The notes beneath the pieces are model-generated. The model was not told the DNA's origin. It did not search any database and saw nothing but the letters and a program-made list of their open reading frames with translations. 13,938 nucleotides of DNA. It comes from a bacterium (GTDB lineage: Bacteria; Sysuimicrobiota; Sysuimicrobiia; Sysuimicrobiales; Humicultoraceae). Of this stretch, positions 1 to 7,589 are shown piece after piece. Every line of letters starts with the position of its first letter. The stretch's first letter is position 1. Position numbers and translations under genes: made by a program. Where the stretch lies: assembly GCA_041497675.1 (NCBI GenBank), contig JBGQGY010000099.1:1-13938 (forward strand), in the 5' to 3' direction.

Positions 1-43
1 CCACCCACGCCTTGCGGTCGATGTGCCCTTAGAACGCCATCCG

Positions 44-52
44 TGCTAGAAT
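44..52 (+). promoter_or_regulatory. Candidate extended -10 promoter (TGcTAGAAT) for the CBS-GGDEF operon
   Basis: TG-n-TAGAAT lies about 55 nt upstream of the GTG at 109. No convincing -35 box. Confidence 0.4.
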
Positions 53-108
53 TGCCCTCTCAGCCCAATAACTCACCCTGACCCGCCTTTGCCGGAGAGG
101 ATGCCTGG

Positions 109-1383
109 GTGAAAACCGTCGAGCAGGTCATGTCGTCCGACGTGATCACCATCGGCACGACGAGGACGGCGGCGGATGCCATCGCGCTGATGCTCGAACG
201 CGATGTCGCCGTGTTGCCGGTCGTCGACGACGGTGAGCGCCTGGTCGGCCTGATCACGATGCGCGACCTGCTCCGCGCGCTCCCCTACCGGCCTGTCATG
301 GAAGTCATGCGTCAGGACATCCAAATGATCTCGCCCCATATGCCGCTGGCGGAGGCGTACACGCTCTTAGAGCGGCAGCGGACCGGGCAACTGCCCGTGG
401 CGGACGACGGCCGCGTGGTTGGTCTGATCACAATCGAGGACGTCCTCCGGGCCCTCGGGCTGCCAACGGATCCGCTGACCGAACTCCCGTGGAGCGCGGC
501 CTTACGCGCGCGCGCCGTCGATCTGCTCAAGCGCGGGTTCGAGATCGCGATCATCTTCATCGATCTGGATAACTTCGGTACGGTCAACAAACAGTACGGT
601 CACGTGATGGGCGACAGGTATATCCAGGCGGTGGCCCACGCGCTCCAGGCGATGGTTGACCCGTCGCGAGAACTCCTCTGCCGGTACGGGGGCGACGAGT
701 TTGCGATCTTGACGACGCGTCACCGCGACGACGCGGAAGCGTTGGGCCGGCGCGCGGTCCAGATCATCGAGAAGCTGTCCGTGCCGGGTGCCCCCGAAGA
801 CATCGCGCTGGCGGCCTCCATGGGGATCGCCGGCGGAAAGCGTACGACCGAGCGTCAGGACATCCACTACGAAGCGACCGTCGACGATTTGATCACGCTT
901 GCGAGCCGGCAGACGACATTGGCCAAAGTTCAGAAGGCCGGCGGCACGCCGGGGTGGGCCGGCGCAGGGGCGCAACCCCGCCTGCGGCTGCGGCGTGTCA
1001 CCCTCTCGAGCGAAGGTGGCGAGGCCCGCGCAGTCGTCGAGTTGGGTGTTGGCGACGAGCAGTTCGTCGGTGAGTCGCGAGCCCCAAACATCGGCGTGGC
1101 GCCCTGGCGCGCTCTGGCTGAATCGACCGTGCTGGCCGTAAACCAGGTGCTCCCGGACGGCTGGATGGCCGCGGTGGATGACGTCGGCATCGTGCGGGCG
1201 TTCTCGCAGATGCTGGCGACGGTGACGGTGCATCTGGGTCAGGCGGAGGGTTCGTCGAGGCCGTACGCCGGCTGCGTCATGGTAGAAGACGATATCGGGC
1301 AGGCCGTCGTCAAGGCGACCCTGCAGGCCCTAAACCGGCGGCTGGGTCGTCTGCTCGCGGCGCGGGCGGGACAATCATCGTGA
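109..1383 (+). CDS. CBS-pair / GGDEF diguanylate cyclase with an additional C-terminal domain
   Basis: GTG start with GGAGAGG SD. N-terminal CBS pair (LPVVDDGERLVGLITMRDL; LPVADDGRVVGLITIEDVL). GGDEF motifs DPLTEL, IDLDNFGTVNKQYGHVMGD and RYGGDEF. About 135-aa C-terminal domain ending DIGQAVVKATLQALNRRL. Confidence 0.9.
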   Translation: MKTVEQVMSSDVITIGTTRTAADAIALMLERDVAVLPVVDDGERLVGLITMRDLLRALPYRPVMEVMRQDIQMISPHMPLAEAYTLLERQRTGQLPVADDGRVVGLITIEDVLRALGLPTDPLTELPWSAALRARAVDLLKRGFEIAIIFIDLDNFGTVNKQYGHVMGDRYIQAVAHALQAMVDPSRELLCRYGGDEFAILTTRHRDDAEALGRRAVQIIEKLSVPGAPEDIALAASMGIAGGKRTTERQDIHYEATVDDLITLASRQTTLAKVQKAGGTPGWAGAGAQPRLRLRRVTLSSEGGEARAVVELGVGDEQFVGESRAPNIGVAPWRALAESTVLAVNQVLPDGWMAAVDDVGIVRAFSQMLATVTVHLGQAEGSSRPYAGCVMVEDDIGQAVVKATLQALNRRLGRLLAARAGQSS

Positions 1384-2237
1384 CGCGCACGTCGGTCAGC
1401 GTGATCGGGCTTGGGCTGATGGGCCGCCCCATGGCTTTGGCGTTGCTTCAGTCGGGCTTTGACGCGCGCGGATGGAACCGTTCGCCCCTGCCGGCCGATG
1501 CCACCGCAGGAATCCCCGTGTGCACCAGGCTCGAAGATGCGGCGCGTGCGGAGGTCTGCCTGCTGATACTGGCGGATTCGCCGGCCACCGATAGCGTGCT
1601 GGCAGGGCTCGAACCCCACCTGCGGGCCGGGCAGCTCATCCTCGATATGGGATCTTCGGATCCGGCGCGGTCAAAGGTGCACGCCGCAAGACTGGCGGCA
1701 AAAGGAATCGGCTGGGTCGACGCCCCGGTGTCCGGTGGTCCTGAGGGCGTCAGGGCAGGAAGCCTGGCCATCATGGTGGGCGGGGTCGAAACGGACGTGG
1801 CCCGCGCGCAGCCGCTGCTCGACGTGCTCGGGGGCAACGTGGTGCGCGTGGGCGGGCCGGGCGCCGGCCACACCGCAAAGGTCATCAACCAGTTGATCGT
1901 GGGGCTGACGATCGAAGCCGTGGCGGAGGCGCTGACCCTGGCCGAGAAGTGCGGCCTCGATCCGCAGCGCGTGCAGCAGGCGCTGCGGGGTGGGTTTGCG
2001 GATTCGAAGGTGCTGCAGATGCACGGGACGCGAATGATTACGCGCGCCTATATCCCGGGTGGCAGGGCGAGGTTGCAGCTGAAGGATCTGCGTCACGCCG
2101 TGACGCTTGCGGCGGGCGCCGGTATCCGTCTTCCCCACCTCGAGAGCGCGGTTGCCCTGTACGAGCGTCTGGTGGCGCAGGGCGACGGTGACCTCGACCA
2201 CTCCGCCCTGCACAAACTGCTCTGGCCCGCCTCGTAG
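1380..2237 (+). CDS. NAD(P)-dependent beta-hydroxyacid dehydrogenase (2-hydroxy-3-oxopropionate reductase / 3-hydroxyisobutyrate dehydrogenase family)
   Basis: GLGLMG Rossmann motif, DAPVSGG, catalytic Lys in AKVINQ, and GGFADSKVLQMHG..DLDHSAL resembling GlxR/GarR. 4-nt GTGA overlap with the upstream gene. Confidence 0.9.
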   Translation: MTRTSVSVIGLGLMGRPMALALLQSGFDARGWNRSPLPADATAGIPVCTRLEDAARAEVCLLILADSPATDSVLAGLEPHLRAGQLILDMGSSDPARSKVHAARLAAKGIGWVDAPVSGGPEGVRAGSLAIMVGGVETDVARAQPLLDVLGGNVVRVGGPGAGHTAKVINQLIVGLTIEAVAEALTLAEKCGLDPQRVQQALRGGFADSKVLQMHGTRMITRAYIPGGRARLQLKDLRHAVTLAAGAGIRLPHLESAVALYERLVAQGDGDLDHSALHKLLWPAS

Positions 2238-2261
2238 GCGCGTGCGATACTAGGGAACATC

Positions 2262-2351
2262 ATGCGTCCGTCCTGGCCCGTCATCGTTCTCGCAGCCGCG
2301 CTCGTCGCGCACGGAGGCCTCTACAAGTTTGACAAGGATTACAGCAAGTAG
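2262..2351 (+). CDS. Putative 29-aa small hydrophobic protein MRPSWPVIVLAAALVAHGGLYKFDKDYSK (not in the ORF track)
   Basis: ATG 2262 to TAG 2351 fills most of the intergenic gap. AGGGAA lies just upstream, third positions are G/C-rich, and the stop is 6 nt before the next ATG. Confidence 0.5.
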   Translation: MRPSWPVIVLAAALVAHGGLYKFDKDYSK

Positions 2352-2357
2352 GGTCCG

Positions 2358-3437
2358 ATGCCGACAGTTGCCGACGTCATGACGCGGAAGCCCTTTTCGC
2401 TGCTGGCGGGCGCCACCGTGGCCAGCGCGCTGGAGGCGATGCGGGAGCGCGGCATCTCGAGCGTCCTGGTGTTCCTGATGCCCGGCTCGGCCGAGTGGGG
2501 CATGGTGACGATGCGTGACATCGTCGCCCAGGTCATCGCGGAGAGTCTCGACGTGAGAACCGTTCGCCTTGGAGAGATCGCGACGTGGCGGCTGTTGACC
2601 GCACAGCCAGGTTGGTCGCTCCAGCAGGCGGCCCAGGTCATGGCTCAGGCAAAGATCCGCCGTCTCCCGGTCGTCGAGCACGAGGAGATCACCGGTCTTG
2701 TCACCGACACCGACATTTTCACCTCATTGATCCCCCGCCAGGAATGGGACCACATGCGGCAGATCCGAAAAGAACGCGCGCTGCAGCGAGCCTCACGGAC
2801 CACCCCCGCCGGGACGGTGGCCGATCTGATGTCCTCACCGGTGCTGACGATCGATCCGGCCGCCACGGTGGACCGCGCCGCCGCCAAGATGGTGTCTGCC
2901 GGTATCAGCAGCCTGCTCGTGACACCCGACGCCCGGCACGCTCAGGGGATCCTGACGAAGCGCGATATCGTGACGAAGCTGGTCGCCGGTGGGCAGGACC
3001 CGCGGTTGATCGCCGTCGAGGCGCTCATGTCGAGCCCGGTCTTCACGGTCGACCCGGAGGTGACGCTCCAGGGGTGCTCGACGCGCATGGCGGCGGCACG
3101 GGTACGCCGCTTCCCGGTGGTCAACCGCGCCGGCGATATCATCGGTATTGTCAGCGACAGCGATATCCTGGCGGCGACGGCGGCGCGCCGCTGGGCCGGT
3201 CACCTGAAGGGTCCGACGTCGGCCATCGTCGCCGACATCATGCGGCCCGCTGCTGCGGGCCCCCAGCCCGCCCGCGGGGACGCGGTCGCGCCGGAACTGT
3301 CTCTCTGGGAATGCGCGGACCGATTGGCCCAAGCGGGCGTGAGAGAACTGCAGGTGGTCCAGGCCGGCCGGGTCATCGGCGTGGTCGGCGACGCCGACGT
3401 CATCCGGGCGATCGCCGAACGCGGCGGAGTCCACTGA
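2358..3437 (+). CDS. Multi-CBS-domain protein (two CBS pairs plus one single CBS motif)
   Basis: Three module starts (TVADVMT, TVADLMS, IVADIMR) and five G-h-h-T/S/G-x-x-D motifs: GMVTMRD, GLVTDTD, GILTKRD, GIVSDSD, GVVGDAD. Confidence 0.9.
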   Translation: MPTVADVMTRKPFSLLAGATVASALEAMRERGISSVLVFLMPGSAEWGMVTMRDIVAQVIAESLDVRTVRLGEIATWRLLTAQPGWSLQQAAQVMAQAKIRRLPVVEHEEITGLVTDTDIFTSLIPRQEWDHMRQIRKERALQRASRTTPAGTVADLMSSPVLTIDPAATVDRAAAKMVSAGISSLLVTPDARHAQGILTKRDIVTKLVAGGQDPRLIAVEALMSSPVFTVDPEVTLQGCSTRMAAARVRRFPVVNRAGDIIGIVSDSDILAATAARRWAGHLKGPTSAIVADIMRPAAAGPQPARGDAVAPELSLWECADRLAQAGVRELQVVQAGRVIGVVGDADVIRAIAERGGVH

Positions 3438-3438
3438 C

Positions 3439-4218
3439 ATGGCCAAGTGGCGGCTGGTCGTCAAGACGCTGCCCTGGGTGCTGGTTGTGCTCGGCGTGAT
3501 GTTCGTGCGTCAATACGTGCTCGACATCCGATCGGTGGTCGATTTCAGCGACATCGGGGCGGTGTTGACGGGCGCCGCCCTGATCATCGGCTTCATGCTC
3601 GCGGGCGTGATCAGTGACTACAAGGAAAGCGAGAGGTTGCCGGGCGAGCTGGCGACGACGCTGGAAACCATTGACGACGTCATCATTGCCGGCTCGCGCT
3701 CGGGGAAGCCGTTTGACGCGCGCGAGTTTCGGCGCCGCTACCATGCCGTGATCGCGGTGGTCACCGACTGGTTCATGAACCGCGGGGTCACCACGACGTG
3801 CTTCTACGCGCTGCACAGCATGAATGACCTGGTCGCGGATTTGGAGCGCGCTGGTTTGGGGGCGGTCTACGTGTCGCGCTGTTTGTCAGAGCAGCACAAC
3901 CTGCGCAAGATCATCACCCGCATCGACGTCATCCGCCGGACGCAGTTCATCCAGACCGGGTATGCGTTGCTGCAGATGTTCGTGATCGCGAGCATCGCGC
4001 TGCTGGTGTTTTCCAATTTCAGGAACTGGCAGGTACAGTTTCTCGTGGTCGGCACGATGGCGCTGATCTATCTCTATCTGCTGCAACTGATCCGCGACCT
4101 CGACAATCCCTTCGAGTACGCGGGTGGTTACATCGAGGGCGCCACGGCGGACGTGAGTCCGCATCCGGTCCTGGAATTTCGGGATCGGCTCAAGGCGAGC
4201 CTGGCGACAGACGGTTAG
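3439..4218 (+). CDS. Membrane protein, bestrophin-like/DUF4239-like topology
   Basis: Two N-terminal hydrophobic segments, a helical soluble middle and two C-terminal hydrophobic segments followed by IRDLDNPF (compare bestrophin E/D-x-PF). Starts 1 nt after the upstream stop. The ORF is solid; the family is inferred. Confidence 0.65.
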   Translation: MAKWRLVVKTLPWVLVVLGVMFVRQYVLDIRSVVDFSDIGAVLTGAALIIGFMLAGVISDYKESERLPGELATTLETIDDVIIAGSRSGKPFDAREFRRRYHAVIAVVTDWFMNRGVTTTCFYALHSMNDLVADLERAGLGAVYVSRCLSEQHNLRKIITRIDVIRRTQFIQTGYALLQMFVIASIALLVFSNFRNWQVQFLVVGTMALIYLYLLQLIRDLDNPFEYAGGYIEGATADVSPHPVLEFRDRLKASLATDG

Positions 4219-4257
4219 AGCCCCCCGCACTCTTCGCTTCTGCTGACAGTATACGGG

Positions 4258-4281
4258 TGATACAATGGTGACACATTGTAT
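4258..4281 (+). promoter_or_regulatory. TA promoter/operator: extended -10 TGaTACAAT overlapped by the inverted repeat ATACAATG-N6-CATTGTAT
   Basis: Perfect 8-bp inverted repeat at 4260-4267/4274-4281 covers the -10 box (4261-4266). This is typical of type II TA autorepression. Confidence 0.75.
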
Positions 4282-4295
4282 TCAGAGGGGGGCGC

Positions 4296-4523
4296 ATGAT
4301 CAAACGGTTGACCAAACACGGTAACAGCCTGGCTCTCATCATTGACCGTAGCATCCTCGACTTGCTGCGGATCGACGCGGAGACTCCGCTCTCAATCACC
4401 ACCGACGGGAAATGTCTTTTGATCTCCCCCGCGCGTCGCGCCGCCCACCAGAGGAAGTTTAGCCGTGCACTCGAGAAGGTCAACACGCGTTACGCGAGGG
4501 CTCTCAAACGGCTGGCGGGCTAG
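4296..4523 (+). CDS. AbrB/MazE/SpoVT-family antitoxin
   Basis: 75 aa; KRLTKHGNSLALIIDRSILDLL swapped-hairpin signature; GAGGGGG SD; directly upstream of a doc-like gene. Confidence 0.9.
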   Translation: MIKRLTKHGNSLALIIDRSILDLLRIDAETPLSITTDGKCLLISPARRAAHQRKFSRALEKVNTRYARALKRLAG

Positions 4524-4526
4524 TCC

Positions 4527-4916
4527 TTGGAACCGATCTTCCTCTCCCTCGCCGAGGTTGTCGAGATTCACCGCGACCAGATTGAGCGGTACGGCGGGCG
4601 TCCGGGCATCAGGGATTCTGGTCTGTTGCAGTCAGCTGTCGCGGTGCCGCAGGCGACGATGGGCGGAGAATACCTGCACGGTGATCTCTTTGAGATGGCG
4701 GCCGCCTACCTGTTCCACATCGTAAGGAACCACCCGTTCGTGGACGGCAACAAGCGGACAGGCGCGGTGGCGGCGCTCGTGTTCCTCGAGCTCAATGGCG
4801 TTGAGATCACGCCGAACGAGAACGAGTTGGTGGACATGGTACTGTCCGTGGCCCAGGGGAAGATGCAGAAGGGCGACGTGGCGGTCTCTCTGCACCGACA
4901 CGCCAACGAAACCTGA
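4527..4916 (+). CDS. doc: Death-on-curing (Doc/Fic family) toxin
   Basis: TTG start; HPFVDGNKRTG motif with the Doc-type Lys; N-terminal FLSLAEVVEIH..YGG..GIRD..LLQSA. Confidence 0.92.
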   Translation: MEPIFLSLAEVVEIHRDQIERYGGRPGIRDSGLLQSAVAVPQATMGGEYLHGDLFEMAAAYLFHIVRNHPFVDGNKRTGAVAALVFLELNGVEITPNENELVDMVLSVAQGKMQKGDVAVSLHRHANET

Positions 4917-4927
4917 AGGCTTCGATC

Positions 4928-4936
4928 TGGTAAAAT
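4928..4936 (+). promoter_or_regulatory. Candidate extended -10 promoter (TGgTAAAAT) for the tRNA
   Basis: TG-n-TAAAAT ends 9 nt upstream of the tRNA 5' end. Confidence 0.5.
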
Positions 4937-4945
4937 GCTCTCGCG

Positions 4946-5021
4946 GGGCCCGTAGCTCAGTGGATAGAGCAGGGGACTCCTAAGCCTCTGGTCGGGGGTT
5001 CGATTCCCTCCGGGCCCGCCA
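4946..5021 (+). tRNA. tRNA-Arg(CCT)
   Basis: 76 nt. Acceptor stem GGGCCCG/CGGGCCC, D-arm GCTC-AGTGGATA-GAGC with the Arg determinant A20, anticodon loop CT-CCT-AA, T-loop TTCGATT, discriminator G and encoded CCA. Confidence 0.96.
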
Positions 5022-5022
5022 G
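4977..5022 (+). repeat. 46-bp direct repeat copy 1 (att core within the tRNA 3' half)
   Basis: CTCCTAAGCCTCTGGTCGGGGGTTCGATTCCCTCCGGGCCCGCCAG, identical to 9337-9382. Confidence 0.97.
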
Positions 5023-5094
5023 TCCTGACGCGGGTTTCAGCCCTTCTAGCCCCGCCAGCGGGAACACGCCGTCTACCGCCTGACTACCGCCAGT

Positions 5095-5229
5095 GAACAG
5101 AGAGGCTTCCAGGCGGTCTGCGGCTTCTTCCAGCAGTCCTGGGAAGAGATGCCCATAGGTGTTCATCGTCACGGCGATCGACGAGTGCCCCATCGCCTCC
5201 TGAATGAGCTTGGGGTGGGCTCCCTGGGC
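5095..5229 (-). pseudogene. C-terminal remnant of a tyrosine recombinase/integrase
   Basis: Translates as AQGAHPKLIQEAMGHSSIAVTMNTYGHLFPGLLEEAADRLEASLF, with the GH motif and catalytic Tyr (5155-5157). The HxxR motif and everything N-terminal are missing. The frame stays open to a stop at 4957. Confidence 0.9.
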
Positions 5230-5238
5230 GGGAACGTA

Positions 5239-6468
5239 TCAATCTCTCAGGGCTTCGGCAGGTGCCATTGCCGCCGCGCGGCGTGCTGCCAGCCAGCTCG
5301 CCACTACCCCCCCGCCAATCGCTACGCCAAGCGCGAGGAGGATTGGCCCAAGGGTGATGCGCGCGGGCAGCGTCAACGTGGTGCCAACACCAGCCGCGAC
5401 CGACAACCCCTGCGGCGTGCTAGAATTCGATCCATCGAGGCGAATGGGAATCCAACTGAGCGCCAACGTGGCCACACCGCCCAGCGTGATACCGACCACC
5501 GCACCGAGCACGGCGGACGCGAGGCCTTCGACGACAAAGGATCGCCTCACGTCTGCCGCTGTCCAGCCGACCGCTTTCATCACGCCGATTTCGCGACGCC
5601 GCTCGGCGACGGTCGAGGCGAGCGCCAGGCCCGTGAGCAGCAACCCGCCGAGGAGTGCCACAAGGGAGGCCAGCGCCGTGAACCGGGTGGAGACCTCTGC
5701 GATTCCTCCCATCACCTGGACGATACTCTGTTCGGTCGTCGCGTTCACATCGCCCAATTCCGTACGGATCTGCCGCACGACCGCGTCCACCATGCTCGCC
5801 TGCGCGACGCGGACGTAGATCTGGTTGATCGCACCGGGGGACATGCGCGCCAACGTCTGCGCGGCGGCGAGCGGCACGTACAGGTTGGCCGCCGCGATCT
5901 GACTACCCTCTCGTACCTCGACGATCCCGACTACATGGAACGGCTCGCCGCCGATGCGCGCTTCCGCGCCCGGCCGCAGGCGGAAAAACGCGGCATAATG
6001 CCTGTCCGCGACCACGGCGCGCGCGTCGTCCGCCTGCAGGAACCGCCCTGCCACGACCCAGTCACGCGCCCGCCCCGGGCCGGTCGTCGCCTGGCTGAGA
6101 TCCACACCGAGCACGGTGACGTAGCTGGCTGCGCCAAAATCCCAGATAAGCAGGGCACCCACTGCGTCGCTGACCCCGGAGACGCGGCGCACCTGCGCGA
6201 GCGCCTCGCCAGGCAGGATGGATGTACCAAACGGCAGGCGCACGCCGCGCGTCCTCTGGGCCGCCGCCTCGGCCTCCCCTCCGCTGACGGGCCGGGTCAG
6301 CAGGATGTCGGCGCCCACGCCGGCCAGCGGGCGGCGCGCCGCCTCTCGGAACCCCTCGCCCGCAGCGGTCAACGTCACGAACAGCGCCACGCCGATGGCG
6401 ACGCCGAGCGCGGTAGCCATCGTGCGCCCCCTGCGTCCCCATAACTCCGCGAGGAGATAGCTGGCCAT
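5239..6468 (-). CDS. ABC transporter permease, MacB/FtsX/LolC-E family
   Basis: N-terminal RRGRT..TALGVAIGVAL TM, large extracytoplasmic domain (VVAGRFL), VAERRREIGVMKAVGW motif and three C-terminal TMs. Confidence 0.93.
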   Translation of the reverse strand: MASYLLAELWGRRGRTMATALGVAIGVALFVTLTAAGEGFREAARRPLAGVGADILLTRPVSGGEAEAAAQRTRGVRLPFGTSILPGEALAQVRRVSGVSDAVGALLIWDFGAASYVTVLGVDLSQATTGPGRARDWVVAGRFLQADDARAVVADRHYAAFFRLRPGAEARIGGEPFHVVGIVEVREGSQIAAANLYVPLAAAQTLARMSPGAINQIYVRVAQASMVDAVVRQIRTELGDVNATTEQSIVQVMGGIAEVSTRFTALASLVALLGGLLLTGLALASTVAERRREIGVMKAVGWTAADVRRSFVVEGLASAVLGAVVGITLGGVATLALSWIPIRLDGSNSSTPQGLSVAAGVGTTLTLPARITLGPILLALGVAIGGGVVASWLAARRAAAMAPAEALRD

Positions 6469-6469
6469 G

Positions 6470-6919
6470 CTAGTGGGCGGTTGCCTGCTTCAGCACCGCC
6501 TCCAGATCGGCGATCGTCCACGTGCCGTCAGGCACCATCCCCGTCCCCTCGCCCTTCGGGAAGCTCTCAAACGTGACCGTCCGGCCTCCCACGCTGAAGG
6601 TCTGCGTGCCATTGACGAAAATCACGAGTGGGGTGTGGCCCTGCAATCCCTTCCCCCGAACGAACGCCTCGCCCTCGGATGTCTCGAAGTCATAGCGGAT
6701 CACCTGGATGGCCTGACTGTATGGCGCCAGCGCCGAGTCGATCTGTCGAAGCACCGGGCGGAGGGGCCCGTGATTGAGGAAGCCGATCTCGACGCGCACC
6801 AGGGCCTGTCCACTTGGCGCGCTTCCTTGTCCGCCAGGCGCGGGCGGGGCCGCCCGGCCGCAGCCGACCCCCGTCAGCGTCACACCCAGCATCAGCACGA
6901 GCCAGCCAAACGTTCGCAT
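6470..6919 (-). CDS. Putative lipoprotein, thioredoxin-like pattern without CxxC
   Basis: GGAGGAG SD. Signal peptide ends LTGVG-C, followed by a Pro/Gly linker, then a beta-alpha-beta..TP-beta-beta pattern (VEIGFLNHGP..VIRYDFE..GHTPLVIFVNG). The fold is inferred. Confidence 0.7.
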   Translation of the reverse strand: MRTFGWLVLMLGVTLTGVGCGRAAPPAPGGQGSAPSGQALVRVEIGFLNHGPLRPVLRQIDSALAPYSQAIQVIRYDFETSEGEAFVRGKGLQGHTPLVIFVNGTQTFSVGGRTVTFESFPKGEGTGMVPDGTWTIADLEAVLKQATAH

Positions 6920-6923
6920 ACCG

Positions 6924-7589
6924 TCACTCCTCCTGCAGGACGCCGTCTGCCATGCGCAGGACGCGGTCCGCCGTGGCCGCGACCTTGTCGTCGTGCGTTA
7001 TCAGCAAGAACGCGGTCCCGAATTCGTCGCGCACTTTTTGCAAGAGTGCAAGAATCTCGGCTCCTGTCGCACTGTCCAGGTTGCCCGTCGGCTCGTCCCC
7101 AAGCACCAGCGGCGGGTTGTTCACAAGCGCGCGCGCGACCGCGACCCGCTGCTGCTCGCCGCCCGAGAGCTGCGAAGGTCGGTGATGCGCGCGGTCCGCC
7201 AGGCCAACCTGCTCAAGCCGCGCCATCGCGCGCGCCCGGCGCTCTGGCGCATCCAGGTGCACCGGGTAGAGCGGGAACGCGACATTCTCCAGGGCCGACA
7301 ACGTGGGAATGAGGTAGAATGCCTGAAAGACGAGGCCGATATTGGTACGCCGCCACAACGCCAGCCCGTCCTCATCGAGCCCGCTCACCTCCTGGCCGCG
7401 ATAGACGATCCGGCCAGCCGTCGGCCGTTCCAGACCGCCCAGCAGGTGCAACAACGTCGTCTTGCCCGAACCCGAGCGCCCGACGATCGCGACGATCTCG
7501 CCCGACGCGATGCGCAGGCTCACGCCGCTGACGGCCTGCACCGAGCCGAACGACCGCCTCAACCCATCCGCCTGCAGCAGTTCACTCAC
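6924..7589 (-). CDS. ABC transporter ATP-binding protein (LolD/MacB-like)
   Basis: Walker A GRSGSGKT, Q-loop VFQ, signature LSGGEQQR, Walker B LGDEPTGNLD and H-loop ITHD. Confidence 0.97.
   Translation of the reverse strand: MSELLQADGLRRSFGSVQAVSGVSLRIASGEIVAIVGRSGSGKTTLLHLLGGLERPTAGRIVYRGQEVSGLDEDGLALWRRTNIGLVFQAFYLIPTLSALENVAFPLYPVHLDAPERRARAMARLEQVGLADRAHHRPSQLSGGEQQRVAVARALVNNPPLVLGDEPTGNLDSATGAEILALLQKVRDEFGTAFLLITHDDKVAATADRVLRMADGVLQEE

Noticed and set aside
5016..5093. CCGCCAG recurring at about 35-36-nt spacing as a mini CRISPR-like array
   Set aside because: The repeat is only 7-8 nt in GC-rich DNA, there are no cas genes, and att/arm-site context or chance explains it better.
5095..5241. 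TGA readthrough fusing the permease to the in-frame integrase remnant
   Set aside because: The permease ends with the normal family terminus (PAEALRD). An in-frame junction has a 1-in-3 chance, and no recoding signal was recognised.
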